DNA from: Chloroflexota bacterium
Lineage (GTDB): Bacteria; Chloroflexota; Anaerolineae; J036; Brachytrichaceae
Assembly (NCBI GenBank): GCA_025354985.1
Contig: JANXLU010000087.1
Coordinates: 82,813-146,812 of the forward strand
Length of the DNA stretch: 64,000 nt
Reading direction: 5' to 3'
The position numbers were made by a program, and so were the translations under genes. Of the stretch, positions 1 to 8,458 are shown piece by piece. The notes under the pieces were generated by a model. It saw only the letters and a list, made by a program, of their open reading frames with translations, was not told the origin of the DNA and made no database searches. Position 1 is the first letter of the stretch. Each line of letters opens with the position of its first letter.

Positions 1-426
1 CCCATCCCCTTGCGTCGCGCCTTGCGAATAACCTCCAAGCGCAGCTCTGATCCAGACAATGATGACGCTTGGCGATAGAACTTGGCGAACATTGGCCCGG
101 GTAAGCCCATAGCTTTTGTAGGCCTCGGCGTCAACGTCTGAGAAACAGTCCACCCCGGGTGCACGCTCGGCGCAAAAAACCTTGGTATCGGCTGGTTTGC
201 TCATGGTAACTACCACAAGCCACGCACCGGCAGCTTCGATTTGAGGTCGGAGTTTGGCCAACCTGGCCAATTCTGCGCGGCAAAAGATTCACCCAAAGTG
301 ACGGACAAACGATAACAATACCAACCCGGTCGCGCAGACCTCGGACAGTGAACGTGTGGCGCTTTCAAAAGCAATAAGCGGTATGTCTGGAGCAACGTCG
401 CCAACAACCAGTCGATTGGATTTCAT
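1..426 (-). CDS. Peroxiredoxin-like (AhpC/TSA, thioredoxin-fold) protein with in-frame TGA, putative selenocysteine (UxxC); 3' end runs off the window
   Basis: ATG at 426. Translation is MKSNRLVVGDVAPDIPLIAFESATRSLSEVCATGLVLLSFVRHFG-[TGA 289-291]-IFCRAELARLAKLRPQIEAAGAWLVVVTMSKPADTKVFCAERAPGVDCFSDVDAEAYKSYGL..GDG. The frame is the same on both sides of the TGA. The TGA sits where Cys homologues carry the first Cys of the G-C-P-F-C type redox motif. Confidence 0.6.
254..270 (-). promoter_or_regulatory. SECIS-like hairpin downstream of the TGA in the peroxiredoxin-like gene
   Basis: mRNA UUGGCC-AGGUU-GGCCAA: perfect 6-bp stem with a 5-nt apical loop containing GGU. It starts 18 nt after the UGA. 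Confidence 0.4.
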
Positions 427-459
427 CACGCCAATCGTATCGCGCTTTCTCCCGCAAGA

Positions 460-951
460 TTAATCAACGTTATAGACCACTACGTCCTTGACACGGTAAC
501 CTAGCACGATTCCACACGGCTCGCTGGCCTTCATAGTCACCAGTGTTCGCGACAAACGAGGCGTATAGGAAGAGCGCGACTCTGGCGGGGCGATGGCCCA
601 CATACCCTGCAGTTCGACCAGCCAAACCGGCGTCGTTGGTGACTCATTGGTTCGAATCGTATTACGATCTGTGTAAATCTCGGCCATGGCATCTCCAAAC
701 GTGGACTGACGCACCGACACCACATTTTGTGCACCCACGCGTTGCCAGGGTCCGCGAGATCCCGCAAATCTCAAAACCATCCGAGCTGCTTGTTCCGGAT
801 TGCTCACCGGGCACGTAGCGGCAAATTTTTGGGCCTCCTCGAGTTGAATCGGTTCTCGTAAGTCGCGCGGCAGTGCATCCACGGCATCACATGCCAATAA
901 CAGCCCCGACAGAATCACCAGGAACACGAACCCAAAGAGCGAAATCCTCAT
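460..951 (-). CDS. Hypothetical secreted protein or lipoprotein
   Basis: ORF 460..969. The internal Met gives MRISLFGFVFLVILSGLLLAC, a hydrophobic signal sequence ending in a lipobox-like L-L-A-C. No recognisable catalytic motif. Confidence 0.45.
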   Translation of the reverse strand: MRISLFGFVFLVILSGLLLACDAVDALPRDLREPIQLEEAQKFAATCPVSNPEQAARMVLRFAGSRGPWQRVGAQNVVSVRQSTFGDAMAEIYTDRNTIRTNESPTTPVWLVELQGMWAIAPPESRSSYTPRLSRTLVTMKASEPCGIVLGYRVKDVVVYNVD

Positions 952-997
952 TGCTCGGCCATGATACAACCATCACAATCGGGTTACGATTGCTCCC

Positions 998-2398
998 ATG
1001 GCAACACAAACCACCCTAATCCGTCACGGCACCGTCGTGACCGCCATTGACGAATTTTCCGCTGATATCCTTGTCAAGGATGGACGCATTGCACAGGTGG
1101 GCACAAACCTGGACGACCCGGACACCAATACAGTAGTTGAGGCGCGCGGGATGTATGTTCTGCCGGGTGGCGTTGACATTCACACCCATCTTGCCACGCC
1201 GGGCGGTAACGGATTTAGCACGGCCGATGATTACTTTACCGGTCATCGTGCGGCTGCGTTTGGCGGCACCACCACCGTCCTGTCCTTTGCCGATCAATGG
1301 AAGGGCGCGACCATGAGACAGACTCTGGACACATGGCACGCCAAGGCGCGCGATAAAGCGGCTGTTGACTATGGATTTCACCTTATGGTTACCGACTGCA
1401 ATGACGCCGTTCTTGATGAACTGGCCGAATTTCGATCCTGGGGCGTCAACACCGTCAAGCTAATGATGGCATACAAAGGTCGGGCAATGGTCGACGATGC
1501 CGTGATCTTGCGCGTTATGCAGCGATGTAAGGAGCTGGGTCTGCTCACGATGGTCCATTGCGAAAATGGTGACGCGATTGATGTTCTACAGCGACAAGCC
1601 GTGGCTAATGGTCAGACCGCACCAATCTTTCACGCCCTAACCCGGCCACCACAGTTGGAAGCCGAGGCAACCGAGCGGGCCATCCAGCTGGCTCAGACCG
1701 CCGGTGGCGCCCCACTATTCGTCGTGCATTGCACGCATTCAGGCGCGCTCGAAGCCGTAGTTCGGGCCCGCGCCCGCGGCGAATCCGTAACGGCGGAAAC
1801 GTGCATTCACTATCTAAGTTTGACAAAGGACCGTCTGCGCGGCGCACCTGGCGACGCGTTTGAAGGTGCAAAATATGTTTGCAGCCCGCCGCTGCGCGAG
1901 GAAGCGGATATAGCTGCGCTCTGGCGCGGTCTGCATACCGGCGATCTACATTCCGTAAGCACGGATCATTGCCCGTGGCGATTTGACATCCACAAGTCAT
2001 TGGGGCGCCAGGATTTCACCAAAATTCCAAATGGAGCGCCTGCCATTGAAGAGCGGTTAATGCTCTTGTGGAACGATGGCGTAAATACCGGGAGGATAAC
2101 AAGGAGCCAGTTTGTGGCGCTTGTGAGCACCGAACCTGCAAAACTCTTTGGCATGCCAAACAAAGGCAGCCTGACGGTTGGAAACGACGCCGATATCGTG
2201 CTTTGGGATCCGGCTGCCACCCACACAATCAGTGCCGAAACGAACCACGGCGCAATGGACTATTCAATGTTTGAGGGTCGCATAGTCACCGGCATGCCAG
2301 CATTGGTTATGAGCCGGGGAGAAGTGCTTGTCAAAGGCGCGGAATGGCTTGGCAAACCCGGACGAGGCGTCTTTCAGCATCGCAATTCAAAAGTTTAG
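998..2398 (+). CDS. Dihydropyrimidinase / D-hydantoinase (cyclic amidohydrolase)
   Basis: 466 aa. N-terminal pattern IRHGTVVT...ILVKDGRIAQVG, metal-binding PGGVDIHTHL, VKLMMAYKG (carbamylated-Lys region), HCENGD. Typical length for the family. Confidence 0.85.
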   Translation: MATQTTLIRHGTVVTAIDEFSADILVKDGRIAQVGTNLDDPDTNTVVEARGMYVLPGGVDIHTHLATPGGNGFSTADDYFTGHRAAAFGGTTTVLSFADQWKGATMRQTLDTWHAKARDKAAVDYGFHLMVTDCNDAVLDELAEFRSWGVNTVKLMMAYKGRAMVDDAVILRVMQRCKELGLLTMVHCENGDAIDVLQRQAVANGQTAPIFHALTRPPQLEAEATERAIQLAQTAGGAPLFVVHCTHSGALEAVVRARARGESVTAETCIHYLSLTKDRLRGAPGDAFEGAKYVCSPPLREEADIAALWRGLHTGDLHSVSTDHCPWRFDIHKSLGRQDFTKIPNGAPAIEERLMLLWNDGVNTGRITRSQFVALVSTEPAKLFGMPNKGSLTVGNDADIVLWDPAATHTISAETNHGAMDYSMFEGRIVTGMPALVMSRGEVLVKGAEWLGKPGRGVFQHRNSKV

Positions 2399-3402
2399 CC
2401 GCGCCCTCCACCAAGCTCTACGACCATTCCAACACCTTTATTCATGGCTTGCTCGTATAGGTAATGTGCACTAGCCAGATCCTCAACCGCGATGCCAAGA
2501 GATTTGAACAGTGTTATTTCCGCCGGCGACGTTCGCCCCGTTCGCGATCCAATCAAAAGTTCACCAATTTCGCCCAAAATGTGGTTGTCGTCAATCGCGC
2601 CTTCTATCTTTGCCATTAAAAAGTCTCCCGATTCGTTCAATGTGGATTCGCGTCTATCAACAAAGAGTTGGCTGCGAGCCATCGCCATTGCATCCAGCTC
2701 GCGTGCATGCGCAACGCTTGAACCCGCCGCGTTAACGTGTGTACCCGAGGCAATCCATTCACCCATCAAGACGGGTTCACGCGAAGACGTCGTGGTGCAA
2801 ATAAGATCGGCGCCTTCAACCGCAGCTTGTGCAGACGGGCTTACTTCAACCGTTATGCCATGTACGGCCGATTCGCGCTCTGCAAACATGCGGGCATGGT
2901 CCGATGATCGGCTCCACACCCGCACGCGTCGTAATTTTCGGGCAACTGCCATTGCCTGCAAATGTGTCCGCGCCTGGGTCCCGCTGCCAAGTATGGCCAA
3001 GTCTCCGGCGTCGGGATTAGCCAGGAGCTTGGTGGCCACGCCACTAACGGCGGCCGTCCGGATTGCCGTAATCTCGGTTGCATCCATAAGTGCCAACAGT
3101 CGACCGTTTTTGGCTTCAAAAAGCATGACGGTGCCCTGGTGGGCATCGTATGGCGTGCCATGATTTCCCGGAAACACACTCACGACCTTGACGCCCATAT
3201 GACCCAATGCCGATGAATACGCCGGCATCATACCCAATGCCCCAAGCTTGTCAGGCAGCCACATGACCGGTCGCAAGGGCAAAATTACCTGTCCGCGAGC
3301 CGTGGCGCGCAATGCACCGGCCATCACGTCCATGCACTCGGGCATGGTCAACAACCGTCTCACTTCCGTCTGATTTAGGATGAGAATATGACCATCTTTC
3401 AT
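2395..3402 (-). CDS. Ornithine cyclodeaminase / mu-crystallin family protein
   Basis: Family-typical start MKDGHILILNQTEVRRLLTMPECMDVMAGALRA and Rossmann motif LAILGSGTQART. The 382-aa ORF was trimmed to the Met at 3402 (335 aa) because the upstream extension overlaps the divergent gene. Confidence 0.8.
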   Translation of the reverse strand: MKDGHILILNQTEVRRLLTMPECMDVMAGALRATARGQVILPLRPVMWLPDKLGALGMMPAYSSALGHMGVKVVSVFPGNHGTPYDAHQGTVMLFEAKNGRLLALMDATEITAIRTAAVSGVATKLLANPDAGDLAILGSGTQARTHLQAMAVARKLRRVRVWSRSSDHARMFAERESAVHGITVEVSPSAQAAVEGADLICTTTSSREPVLMGEWIASGTHVNAAGSSVAHARELDAMAMARSQLFVDRRESTLNESGDFLMAKIEGAIDDNHILGEIGELLIGSRTGRTSPAEITLFKSLGIAVEDLASAHYLYEQAMNKGVGMVVELGGGRG

Positions 3403-3420
3403 AGCTAATTTAGTCCTAAT

Positions 3421-4131
3421 ATGAATATCACCATTATCGGAGGCGCTGGCACCGTCGCCAGCCTGATCATTCCTTATTTGAGCGTGGATCATACCGTTCG
3501 GGTATATGACCTTAAACCACCGCCGGATCGCACACTCGCACACACCGTGGGGACGGTGAATGACTATCCTTTGATGCTCCAGGCATTACAAGGCGCAGAT
3601 TCCGTGATCTACATGGCAATGGGTACAATAAACTGGAGCGAACTCCAGGGAATAGATACCGGGTTTGACGCAAACGTCAAAGGCCTTTATCTTGCCCTCC
3701 GAGCCGCGCGCGAAGCAAATGTCGGGCACGCGATCTATACCAGCAGTATGTCGGTATATGACGGTGATCTGATGAGCAGATATTTCTACAATGAAGACCT
3801 TCAACCCGATGGCCGCAACCTTTACGCGCTCACCAAATATTTTGGTGAATTGGTGTGTCGAAACGCCTGTGTTGAATTTGGAATGAGTGTCAACGCCTTG
3901 CGAATGTGCTTTCCCGTCTCAGATGCGCACTGGCAGGAGTTGGTGGCCGCCGGTCAGTTTACGCTGCATACGGCCGCCAGTGATCTCGCCCGTGCAATGA
4001 ACGCCGCCCTGAGACATCGAAATGCGTTTCAGGTGTACACCATAAGTGGCGAATACGAAGGAAAAGTGTTAAATATGGACAAGGCCCGGCGCGAGCTTGG
4101 CTGGGAACCCAACGCACGACCAAACTCATGA
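3421..4131 (+). CDS. NAD-dependent epimerase/dehydratase (SDR) family protein
   Basis: N-terminal Rossmann motif MNITIIGGAGTVAS and a Y-x-x-x-K (YALTK). Its stop overlaps the next start (ATGA at 4128-4131). Confidence 0.7.
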   Translation: MNITIIGGAGTVASLIIPYLSVDHTVRVYDLKPPPDRTLAHTVGTVNDYPLMLQALQGADSVIYMAMGTINWSELQGIDTGFDANVKGLYLALRAAREANVGHAIYTSSMSVYDGDLMSRYFYNEDLQPDGRNLYALTKYFGELVCRNACVEFGMSVNALRMCFPVSDAHWQELVAAGQFTLHTAASDLARAMNAALRHRNAFQVYTISGEYEGKVLNMDKARRELGWEPNARPNS

Positions 4132-5243
4132 CAACCTCACTCCTTGCAGACCTTGGCATCCGCCCTTTGATAAATGCAAACGCGACGCTGACGCGTCTTG
4201 GCGGCAGCTTGATGCCATCCGAAGTCGTTGATGCCATGCGGGATGCGTCACACCACTGGGTGGATTTGGCTGAATTGCAACGTGCCGTAGGTGCGCGGCT
4301 GGCATCAATGACCAGGAACGAGGGCGCACTGGTATCAACTGGTGCCGCAGCCGGCCTGACGCTGGCCGCCGCGGCGCTCATGACCGGCGATGATCCATCG
4401 TTGATCGCCCGTTTGCCAGATGGCGGAGGCTTCGCGCGAAATGAATTCATAGTCCACAAATCCCACAGAAATGGCTATGACCACAGCATACGATCTGCAG
4501 GCGGAAAGATCGTGGAAATTGGTTCCGCATTGCAGACTCACGAATGGGAATTGACTTCTGCGATCAATCCGCACACTGCCGGGATTTTTTGGTTTCAAGG
4601 AGCCATGACCGGAATTGGCGATCTACCGTTTTCAACAGTTGTTGACATCGCCCGAGACCATCAAATTCCAGTTGTCGTCGATGCTGCCGCACAGTTGCCA
4701 CCCGTAGAAAATCTTTGGCGCTTTACACGAGCCGGGGCTGCGTTGGCGATTTTTAGCGGTGGCAAAGACCTGCGCGGTCCACAAACAACCGGGCTGTGCG
4801 TAGGCAATGCAAAGTTAATTGAAACGATGAGGCTCAACGGCAGCCCAAATCACAGCGTCGGTCGTGGATTAAAAGTGGGCAAGGAGGAGCTGGGGGGCTT
4901 GCTGGCTGCCGTAGACCGTTACCTAAAGTTGGATCACGCGGCACGATCCATTGAATGCGAGGCTGTCGTCGCACATTGGAATCGGGAGCTATGTCGCATA
5001 CCAGGGCTCCAGGCTGAACGAAGCTTCCCAAACGAAGCCGGACAACCCCTGCCCCGTTCACATGTAACGTTTGACGCATCGATCAGCGCTCAATCAATCG
5101 TGACCAAATTGATGGCGGGTGATCCAGCTGTTTCCGTTGCGTTTGGCCGGAATAATGACATATATTTAAATCCCATGACGCTTGAAAATCACGAGGATGA
5201 AATCGTGCTCAACCAACTTGTGTTAACGCTGACCAAACCATGA
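4128..5243 (+). CDS. SelA/DgaE-like PLP-dependent enzyme (not a canonical selenocysteine synthase)
   Basis: 371 aa. The FSGGKDLRGPQTTG motif resembles the PLP-Lys motif FSGDKLLGGPQ of the SelA family. It lacks the SelA N-terminal domain. Translationally coupled on both sides (ATGA overlaps). Confidence 0.6.
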   Translation: MTTSLLADLGIRPLINANATLTRLGGSLMPSEVVDAMRDASHHWVDLAELQRAVGARLASMTRNEGALVSTGAAAGLTLAAAALMTGDDPSLIARLPDGGGFARNEFIVHKSHRNGYDHSIRSAGGKIVEIGSALQTHEWELTSAINPHTAGIFWFQGAMTGIGDLPFSTVVDIARDHQIPVVVDAAAQLPPVENLWRFTRAGAALAIFSGGKDLRGPQTTGLCVGNAKLIETMRLNGSPNHSVGRGLKVGKEELGGLLAAVDRYLKLDHAARSIECEAVVAHWNRELCRIPGLQAERSFPNEAGQPLPRSHVTFDASISAQSIVTKLMAGDPAVSVAFGRNNDIYLNPMTLENHEDEIVLNQLVLTLTKP

Positions 5244-6472
5244 CACCAATCTACGATCTGTTGCTTCAAAATGGCCACGTGATTGATCCGCGCAATAACC
5301 GTGACGGCAAATATGACGTTGCCATAACCGGCGACAAAATTGCCGCGGTCGAACCCACCATCGACCCAAATTTAGCCCGTCGAGTCGTAAATTTGCAGGG
5401 TCACCTTGTCACGCCCGGGTTGATCGATATACATGTGCACGTGTATCACACAAGGGCCCCCGAGGGCTCACCAGAGGGCCTTAGTGTGGTGGCCGATGCG
5501 CATTCGTTCCGCAGTGGCGTAACAACCATGGTGGACACCGGCACCGCGGGCGGCCGGCATTTTCTGCACTTCAAAACCACGGTTATTGACCGACAGAAAA
5601 CGCGTATCTTCGCCTATATCAACGTCGTCAACCAAGGCATGTTGGGTGATTTTGAACAAGATCCGACAAATTTTGACGCTGAACTTGCGGCGTCAGTTGT
5701 TTTGGCGCACCCGGAAATCTGCGTCGGAATCAAAACGGCACATTATTGGACGAGATTGCCATGGGACAACCTGCATACGCCATGGGCAGCCGTTGATCAA
5801 GCCATTCGTGCGGCCGAACTGTGCAAACGTCATGTCATGTATGACTTCTGGCCGCGCCTGCCCGAGCGCAGCTATGAAGACCTCATCCTAAAAAAGGCCC
5901 GACCCGGTGACATTCACACCCATGTGTACGCCCAGCAATTTCCAATCATCCTTGAAAGTGGCGGTGTTAACCCGGCCCTGTTTGAAGCGCGGACGCGCGG
6001 CGTAATCTTTGACCTTGGCCACGGTGCCGGTAGTTTTTGGTATCGGAATGCCGCCCGAGCGATGGACCAGGGATTTTCACCCGACAGTATTAGTACCGAC
6101 CTTCACACGGGAAATATTCACGGTGTGGTGCTTGACATGATCACCACTATGAGCAAACTTCTCAACCTGGGTATGTCTCTTACCGAGGTCATTCGCCGGA
6201 GCACAGTTACACCCGCCGATGAAATCGGTCACGCGGAACTGGGCAGTCTAAGCATTGGCGCCTGTGCTGACGTTGCAGTTCTAACAATGCATACAGGCGA
6301 TTTTGGATTTGTCGACTGTGGTCGGGCGCGCATCCGCGGCAGCAGGAAACTGGAATGTCTCCTGACCGTTCGAGCCGGGGAAATCGTATTCGATGGAGAC
6401 GGCCTTGGCGCGCCGGACTGGACGTCCGCCCCGCCTGCATATTGGGTGGAACCTGATGTGCAACCAGCCTAG
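5240..6472 (+). CDS. Amidohydrolase-superfamily metallohydrolase (dihydroorotase/deacetylase-like)
   Basis: 410 aa. Contains VIDPRN...VAITGDKIAAV, PGLIDIHVHV (HxH metal site), and later H and D ligands (DLGHG, STDLH). Confidence 0.75.
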   Translation: MTPIYDLLLQNGHVIDPRNNRDGKYDVAITGDKIAAVEPTIDPNLARRVVNLQGHLVTPGLIDIHVHVYHTRAPEGSPEGLSVVADAHSFRSGVTTMVDTGTAGGRHFLHFKTTVIDRQKTRIFAYINVVNQGMLGDFEQDPTNFDAELAASVVLAHPEICVGIKTAHYWTRLPWDNLHTPWAAVDQAIRAAELCKRHVMYDFWPRLPERSYEDLILKKARPGDIHTHVYAQQFPIILESGGVNPALFEARTRGVIFDLGHGAGSFWYRNAARAMDQGFSPDSISTDLHTGNIHGVVLDMITTMSKLLNLGMSLTEVIRRSTVTPADEIGHAELGSLSIGACADVAVLTMHTGDFGFVDCGRARIRGSRKLECLLTVRAGEIVFDGDGLGAPDWTSAPPAYWVEPDVQPA

Positions 6473-6481
6473 AATAATAAC

Positions 6482-7618
6482 GTGGCCAATCTTTCTACCG
6501 AATTTCCGATCACACAATCAACCGCTTATTTGAACACCGCCGCCCAGGGGCCGTGGCCGACGCGTACGGTCGAGGCTGTGCATCAAGCTGCGCAACATGC
6601 CCAGTTTCTTGAATTCGACCGCGCGCATGGCGAACCGTCGATATTTCTCGAGACCCGCACCCGACTGGGTCGGCTGCTAAACGTCGACCCAGTCGATTTG
6701 ACATTTGGACCGAACACGACATACGGTCTAAATCTTTGCATGCATGGAATTGACTGGAAGGTAGGAGATAACCTGGTTGTGCCGTTTAATGAATTTCCTT
6801 CGGTGCAATATGCCATCGCGCATCTACCCAAGATTGGCGTTGAGGTTCGATTGGTAGCGTGGTCGGGTAGCGGACCCACTGTTCCACAAATCATGGAGCG
6901 GGTGGACGCTCGCACTCGGGCGGTCATATGCTCGGCAATCGCGTGGGACACCGGTTATCGCATGGATCTCGAATCCCTGGGAGCACGGTGTGAAGCGGCC
7001 GGGTGCCTGCTGGTCGTGGATGGCATCCACGCTGTAGGTTCCGAGCAGCTTGATCTTAAGGCCCTTCGTGTTTCCGCGCTCTCATTACATGGTTATAAGT
7101 GGTTGATGGCTGGTTTTGGATGCGGCGTGCTCTATGTCTCTCCAGCTGCAATTGACCGCATTGGCCCCTCGTTTATCGGCCCGCAAGGCGTATCGGGCAA
7201 CCAAATGTTGATGCATGCCGATCTGCCGTGGAAACCCGGGGCACAGCGATATGCGGCCGGGACAGGAAATCAAATCGGTGCAACCGCGGTAAATGCTTCG
7301 CTCACGCTCATTGAAGAACTTGGTATCGCCAACATTCGTAGCGCAAATCATGCACTAGCCGACGCCATAGAAGCCGGTGTTCGCCGGCAGTTACCCGGGG
7401 CCAACGTGCTTAGATCACATGACCCGGTCCATCAAAGCGCGATTGTGGTATTTACAACGGGTAGTGTTGATCGCGATACAGCCCTTATTAACCACTTGGA
7501 TGCGGCCGGTGTCGTTGTAGCGCTGCGACCCGCAGGGCTGCGCGTGTCGCCTCACCTGTTCAATTCTGAAGCGGATGTTGAACGCCTGTTGCGGGCTATC
7601 AGTACTTTTTCGCCTTAG
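6482..7618 (+). CDS. Aminotransferase class V / cysteine desulfurase-like PLP enzyme
   Basis: 378 aa with a GTG start. Contains YLNTAAQGPWP, LVVDGIHAVG, and LSLHGYKWL (PLP-Lys region). Last gene of the 3421-7618 co-directional run. Confidence 0.75.
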   Translation: MANLSTEFPITQSTAYLNTAAQGPWPTRTVEAVHQAAQHAQFLEFDRAHGEPSIFLETRTRLGRLLNVDPVDLTFGPNTTYGLNLCMHGIDWKVGDNLVVPFNEFPSVQYAIAHLPKIGVEVRLVAWSGSGPTVPQIMERVDARTRAVICSAIAWDTGYRMDLESLGARCEAAGCLLVVDGIHAVGSEQLDLKALRVSALSLHGYKWLMAGFGCGVLYVSPAAIDRIGPSFIGPQGVSGNQMLMHADLPWKPGAQRYAAGTGNQIGATAVNASLTLIEELGIANIRSANHALADAIEAGVRRQLPGANVLRSHDPVHQSAIVVFTTGSVDRDTALINHLDAAGVVVALRPAGLRVSPHLFNSEADVERLLRAISTFSP

Positions 7619-7726
7619 GTGCCGAACTCGTGGATGTTCGCTGAGTAACACCGCATGACACGAATAACGTTGTTTGGGTGACATGAGCGTCTATTTTTTC
7701 AGAAGTGCGCACCGTATGCTTGGATT

Positions 7727-8458
7727 GTGGGTTCAAACCAGCGGATTATTCGTAGCTACCTGCGCGGAGGCCTCCAGGCTGTAATTTTTGTAGCGGCTTT
7801 TGTTGCCGCCGAGCCATCGTCATTGCTGGCCGGTGAAACACATCCCTCCTGCCATGTGTTGGCATCACGCTGCATTCCATTGATCAGCGATGTAAACGCA
7901 AAATTCGCCCAAATCTATTCCCAGTCTCATGAGCTTGCACTGAATTACCCCGCAGATGGTTGTGCGCCGCGCGCGCACGTTATCAGCGAAATGTTCCTCG
8001 AGGCCGGCTACAGCCGACGGGTGATAGGAAAGATTTGGAATGTTGCAAAGCCTGAGGCAGAGGTCGAAAACGACCGAAATGTGCTTCATGTCATCACGCC
8101 TGCAAACGATCGATCGTCGGATGTGGAGCAAATCGACGTTTATTGGGGCTGGCACGTAGCTGTTACGGTTGAGGCATTGGACGCCCAGGATCACATAGCA
8201 ACCTACGTGATCGATCCGCTGCTGGCGAATCACCCTATTGAAGTAAACGACTGGCGGGCACGCATGAATGATCCCAGCGCCGAGCTTATTTTGACCCCAC
8301 TCGAGCAATCTCCAAGCGGTCATGGCATCGGCTATGGTGTCTCCGACGATGACGGCCTGACCTGGACGCAAATGGATGAGAGTGCCCGCTCGGCTCTGGC
8401 GGAATACTCTGCGAAATCAGAGTTCTTACCTGACGCGCCCGCTCACGCACCCTCCTGA
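7727..8458 (+). CDS. Secreted protein-glutamine glutaminase-like protein
   Basis: Signal-like N-terminus (LQAVIFVAAFVAAEPSSLLAG). YPADGCAPRAH...WGWHVAVTV...YVIDPLL parallels the Cys-His-Asp regions of Chryseobacterium protein-glutaminase (YPVDGCYARAH...WSYHVAILV...IIDPSL, recalled from memory). Confidence 0.6.
   Translation: MGSNQRIIRSYLRGGLQAVIFVAAFVAAEPSSLLAGETHPSCHVLASRCIPLISDVNAKFAQIYSQSHELALNYPADGCAPRAHVISEMFLEAGYSRRVIGKIWNVAKPEAEVENDRNVLHVITPANDRSSDVEQIDVYWGWHVAVTVEALDAQDHIATYVIDPLLANHPIEVNDWRARMNDPSAELILTPLEQSPSGHGIGYGVSDDDGLTWTQMDESARSALAEYSAKSEFLPDAPAHAPS

Noticed and set aside
210-407. 65-aa minus-strand ORF from the track
   Set aside because: It is out of frame with, and entirely inside, the peroxiredoxin-like gene that reads through the TGA at 289-291. 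Its sequence has no recognisable features. It is a shadow ORF.
3403-3543. N-terminal 47 codons of the 382-aa ornithine cyclodeaminase ORF
   Set aside because: The extension (MCECAIRRWFKV…) has no family similarity and overlaps the divergent SDR gene. The family-typical N-terminus starts at the Met at 3402.
4128-5243. SelA-like gene as the selenocysteine synthase serving the candidate selenoproteins
   Set aside because: It is 371 aa with no SelA N-terminal tRNA-binding domain. It is embedded by translational coupling in a catabolic-looking operon with an amidohydrolase. It fits the DgaE-like lyase branch of the fold better than bona fide SelA. Phylogeny is needed to be sure.
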